64,000 nt of DNA from Nitrospirales bacterium (GTDB lineage Bacteria > Nitrospirota > Nitrospiria > Nitrospirales > UBA8639). The notes beneath the pieces are model-generated. The model made no database searches, had not been told where the DNA came from, and worked only from the letters and a program-made list of their open reading frames with translations. Positions 60,834 to 64,000 of this stretch are shown in pieces. How positions within the stretch are numbered: position 1 is the stretch's first letter; each line of letters opens with the position of its first letter. The position numbers were made by a program, and so were the translations under genes. The stretch covers positions 864,001 to 928,000 of the forward strand of contig OY820905.2 in the NCBI GenBank assembly GCA_963555755.3. Direction: 5' to 3'.

Positions 60834-61934
60834 ATGAGCACAGCAACTTTGCCAGAAACTACCACTGAACAATTTAGCCAGGCTCCACCAACTAAAACCA
60901 TGAAAGCCGCAGTCCTTCGGCAATTTGGAGAGCCCGATGTACTCCAATACGAAGAGATCGACACACCCAAGCCAAAACCTGGAAACATTTTGATTAAGGT
61001 TCTAGCAGCAGGGTTGAACCGCTTAGATCATTACCTTCGCGAAGGGTCCGTGGCTCCAGATTTACCCCTCCCGCATATCCTTGGGGTGGATGCCGTGGGC
61101 GAAGTCGTGGAATTAGGTGAAGGCGTAACGGATGTTCAAATAGGGGAACGCGTGATTCCCGCTGCAGGTTTTACATTACGCGAAGAAGATGATCACAACC
61201 GACCCCTAGCCATCTCACCGAGCTTTGTCGTGCCCGGCGTACATCTTTGGGGATCGTACGCCCAGTATATGGAAGTTCCGGCCCGGTGGGTGGTGAAAGA
61301 TGAGACCGGGTTATCTCCTGAAGAAGTCGCCACCCTGCCCGTTGTCCTTGGAACCTCTGTTCGGGCAATCAAACAAGTAGGCGAAGTTAAAGCCGGAGAC
61401 TACGTATTAATCACGGCCGGGGCATCAGGATCGGGCAGCATGCACATTCAAGTCGCGAAAGCATTGGGCGCCAAGGTTGCCACAACTGTTAGAGATGACG
61501 TGAAAGGTGAATATGTTCAGTCACTTGGGGCAGACCTTGTGATCAACACGCGCAAAGAAGACGTGGTCGCACAAGTGAAAACCTGGACAGGTGGAAAGGG
61601 TGCAGACGTGGCCATCGACAATTTAGGGGGCAGCGAACTGGCACAAACCATTGAGGCAGTCCGCCCCTTCGGCATCATCGTGGCGTACGGTTTTACCGCC
61701 GGAGCTGAGGCCACATTCAACGTCCGGGATTTCTTTTTCACACAGAAACAGCTTCGAGGGACCATCTTCGCCGACCCTGAAGATTTGGAATGGGGTTTGG
61801 AACAGGTTCGGGTCGGGCGGATCAAACCGACGATAGATCGGACCTTCCCACTTAGCCAAGCCGCCGAAGCCCATCGGCTCCTGGCCACCAATCAAGTCAA
61901 AGGCAATTTCGTGTTATTGCCATGGACAATGTAA
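60834..61934 (+). CDS. quinone oxidoreductase-like MDR dehydrogenase
   Basis: MKAAVL..FG.P.VL, GLNRLD, ILGVD.VG, AGASGSG. Confidence 0.9.
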   Translation: MSTATLPETTTEQFSQAPPTKTMKAAVLRQFGEPDVLQYEEIDTPKPKPGNILIKVLAAGLNRLDHYLREGSVAPDLPLPHILGVDAVGEVVELGEGVTDVQIGERVIPAAGFTLREEDDHNRPLAISPSFVVPGVHLWGSYAQYMEVPARWVVKDETGLSPEEVATLPVVLGTSVRAIKQVGEVKAGDYVLITAGASGSGSMHIQVAKALGAKVATTVRDDVKGEYVQSLGADLVINTRKEDVVAQVKTWTGGKGADVAIDNLGGSELAQTIEAVRPFGIIVAYGFTAGAEATFNVRDFFFTQKQLRGTIFADPEDLEWGLEQVRVGRIKPTIDRTFPLSQAAEAHRLLATNQVKGNFVLLPWTM

Positions 61935-61956
61935 CAATTTTGATGACTCCTCTATA

Positions 61957-61992
61957 CCCTCGCCCCTGTGGGGAGAGGGCTAGGGTGAGGGG
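61957..61992. repeat. short REP-like unit
   Basis: CCCTCGCCCCTGTGGGGAGAGGGCTAGGGTGAGGGG, homolog of 30326. Confidence 0.7.
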
Positions 61993-62039
61993 TTGAATTT
62001 AAATTTCATCCTCGCAAAAACCAAAAGGAAAAAATAACC

Positions 62040-63125
62040 ATGAAACGCTTCAAACACACATTCAAATCAATCATCACGATACTGGCCGTTGTGCCATTTA
62101 GCCTCATTGGCGCTTTAGTGATGGGAGCCGTTGCTTCGAACCCAATAGAGCCGGAAGCAAAAACTATGGTCACCGCACCTGTCAGTTACCCAACGCTTCA
62201 CAAAACCATCGAAGTGGATGGGCTCGATATTTTCTACCGTGAGGCGGGCCCGACCAATGCGCCAACCATTCTGTTGCTCCATGGATTCCCAACATCTTCG
62301 CACATGTTTCGAAATTTGATTCCGGCGTTGTCGGATCGATTTCATATCATCGCCCCGGACTATCCGGGATTCGGCAACAGCTCCATGCCAATGGTCGATG
62401 AGTTTGACTACACGTTCGATAACCTAGCCAAAGTCATGGAGGCTTTCATTCAAAAGGTTGGGCTGAAAACGTACAGTCTGTACTTGATGGATTATGGGGC
62501 GCCAGTGGGATTCCGTCTTGCCGTGAACCATCCGGAACGAGTCCAGGCACTCGTCATCCAGAATGGCAACGCCTACGTCGAAGGAATCGACAACAATTTC
62601 TGGGAGCCGATCAGGGAGTACTGGAAAGATCGCAAAGCCATCAATAAGGGCCTCGACAACGAATGGTGGAAGAACGTCAAGGCGGCATACAACCAGCCAA
62701 ACATGTCAAATGAGGACGCGCTCCGCTTCCTGGTAACATTGGGCGCGACCCAATGGCAGTATACCAACGGGGTTCGTAACAAGGAGATGATCAGCCCCGA
62801 CAACTGGCACGTCACCCAAAGACTGTTGGATCGACCCGGAAATGAAGCGATTCAACTTCAGTTGTTCTATAGCTATGGTTCGAACCCGCCACTGTACCCA
62901 AAGTGGCAAGCATACCTGAGGGAATACCAACCCCCCACGTTAATCGTGTGGGGACAAAACGTTCAGATTTTCCCAGCCGAGGGTGCGCACCCGTACAAGC
63001 GAGACTTAAAGAATCTTGAATTTCACTTGCTCAACACCGGACACTTCGCCCTTGAAGAAGACGGCGACGTCATCGCCAAACATATCCGCCGTTTTTTGGA
63101 TAAGCGGATGGCCCTAACTCATTAA
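62040..63125 (+). CDS. alpha/beta hydrolase (epoxide hydrolase / dehalogenase-like)
   Basis: [30 protein letters not shown]. Confidence 0.92.
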   Translation: MKRFKHTFKSIITILAVVPFSLIGALVMGAVASNPIEPEAKTMVTAPVSYPTLHKTIEVDGLDIFYREAGPTNAPTILLLHGFPTSSHMFRNLIPALSDRFHIIAPDYPGFGNSSMPMVDEFDYTFDNLAKVMEAFIQKVGLKTYSLYLMDYGAPVGFRLAVNHPERVQALVIQNGNAYVEGIDNNFWEPIREYWKDRKAINKGLDNEWWKNVKAAYNQPNMSNEDALRFLVTLGATQWQYTNGVRNKEMISPDNWHVTQRLLDRPGNEAIQLQLFYSYGSNPPLYPKWQAYLREYQPPTLIVWGQNVQIFPAEGAHPYKRDLKNLEFHLLNTGHFALEEDGDVIAKHIRRFLDKRMALTH

Positions 63126-63215
63126 TCCGCCCACCACATATTATGAACTGGAAACCAAATTAAATAATGGAACATAGCAAGAAACCTTCACCTTTCTAAA
63201 AATAAGGAGATACCA

Positions 63216-63788
63216 ATGCACACGCTTGAACACCATGCCTCAAAGGATTTGATTCCCGTTTTATTTACTCAAGACGACTGGGCTTTCACTTTCCACAAAA
63301 TATACGAACAGGCCATCACACAGTTTGAAAGTGGACTGCGTGGGATCGATCATGTTGTTGATTCTTCAACCAGCCCATTTCTGGCATCAATTGGGATGAG
63401 CCAACAAGAGCTCTATGATTTCGTCGAGGACGGGGTTTTCGCGGGTGAGCCTACCTTCGAAGAAGTGCTCCGAATAACTCACCTGCGGAGGCACTACTTT
63501 CTGACGGTTCAAAAGGTCCAACCCTCAACACGAAGGCTTTCCACGGACGATTTTCCCCCTGGTCAGGCCACATTGGGAGGCTATCGATGGCTCCCCCGAA
63601 TCCTGGCAAAAGCTAACGCCAAACTCCGAGGGGAACTGCCATCCGATCTGATGTATAGCTGCGGTAACGATCGCGCGTTTTTACAACCGCTCGGTATCAT
63701 GCCCTTTGAGTTTTTAGAAAAGGTTTGGCAGTACGAGGGACATGAGAACCAACTCCTGGAGTATATCAAGCTGAAACAAAAGACATAA
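63216..63788 (+). CDS. DUF5069-like protein
   Basis: AGGAG RBS; LGGYRWLPRILAKA.AKLRGEL...YSCGND..FL. Confidence 0.7.
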   Translation: MHTLEHHASKDLIPVLFTQDDWAFTFHKIYEQAITQFESGLRGIDHVVDSSTSPFLASIGMSQQELYDFVEDGVFAGEPTFEEVLRITHLRRHYFLTVQKVQPSTRRLSTDDFPPGQATLGGYRWLPRILAKANAKLRGELPSDLMYSCGNDRAFLQPLGIMPFEFLEKVWQYEGHENQLLEYIKLKQKT

Positions 63789-63837
63789 GGAAGAACATGT
63801 TGAGTGTGAAAAACCATTTCAAGAAGGAACGGACATC

Positions 63838-64000
63838 ATGAAAAGACCAATCAGCGACGTCGCCTTTACCCAATCTGTGAAAGCGATGCAGGAACGAATG
63901 GGTTCCCGAAAACAATACGAACGCATGGAGGACCGCGGAGGTTGGGCAGATACCATCACTCCAGAACTAGCCGACTTCATCGCCGAGCGTGATTCATTCT
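63838..64000 (+). CDS. pyridoxamine 5'-phosphate oxidase-family protein, 5' part (runs off window)
   Basis: SDVAFTQSVKAMQERMGSR..Y...FIAERDSF. Confidence 0.75.
   Translation, partial: MKRPISDVAFTQSVKAMQERMGSRKQYERMEDRGGWADTITPELADFIAERDSF

Noticed and set aside
1..64000. CRISPR array
   Set aside because: No run of equal-length direct repeats with unique spacers and no cas genes; the repeats are dispersed long palindromes.

Overview
Bacterial chromosomal window. Gene content and style suggest Nitrospirota; this is inference only, since no marker gene is present. It holds housekeeping and accessory genes: a giant modular secreted protein, an ABC exporter, def, potABCD, a MarR/pirin/DsbA/YceI stress cluster, a PhoD-like phosphatase, DAHP synthase, Fur/MerC, cobQ, a PEP-CTERM protein, ggt and a sigma-54 controlled redox operon. 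There are also three toxin-antitoxin modules, two intact-looking IS elements (ISAs1 with a DUF4338-like fusion and a -1 frameshift; IS1380) and decayed IS256 and ISL3 remnants. The most striking feature is non-coding: roughly 25 complete or partial long (120-185 bp) palindromic elements of families A-G and I, plus shorter REP-like units. Families A, B, C, E, F and G differ in sequence but share one strand-specific fold: a tandem GA/GA mismatch below an apical hairpin, with CAAGG...AACGC bulge motifs in four of them, resembling ERIC/RPE elements. They nest inside each other at fixed sites, with both empty and filled alleles visible, and repeatedly abut stop codons. Two TA modules are flanked by long direct duplications. 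No rRNA, tRNA or CRISPR array was seen.
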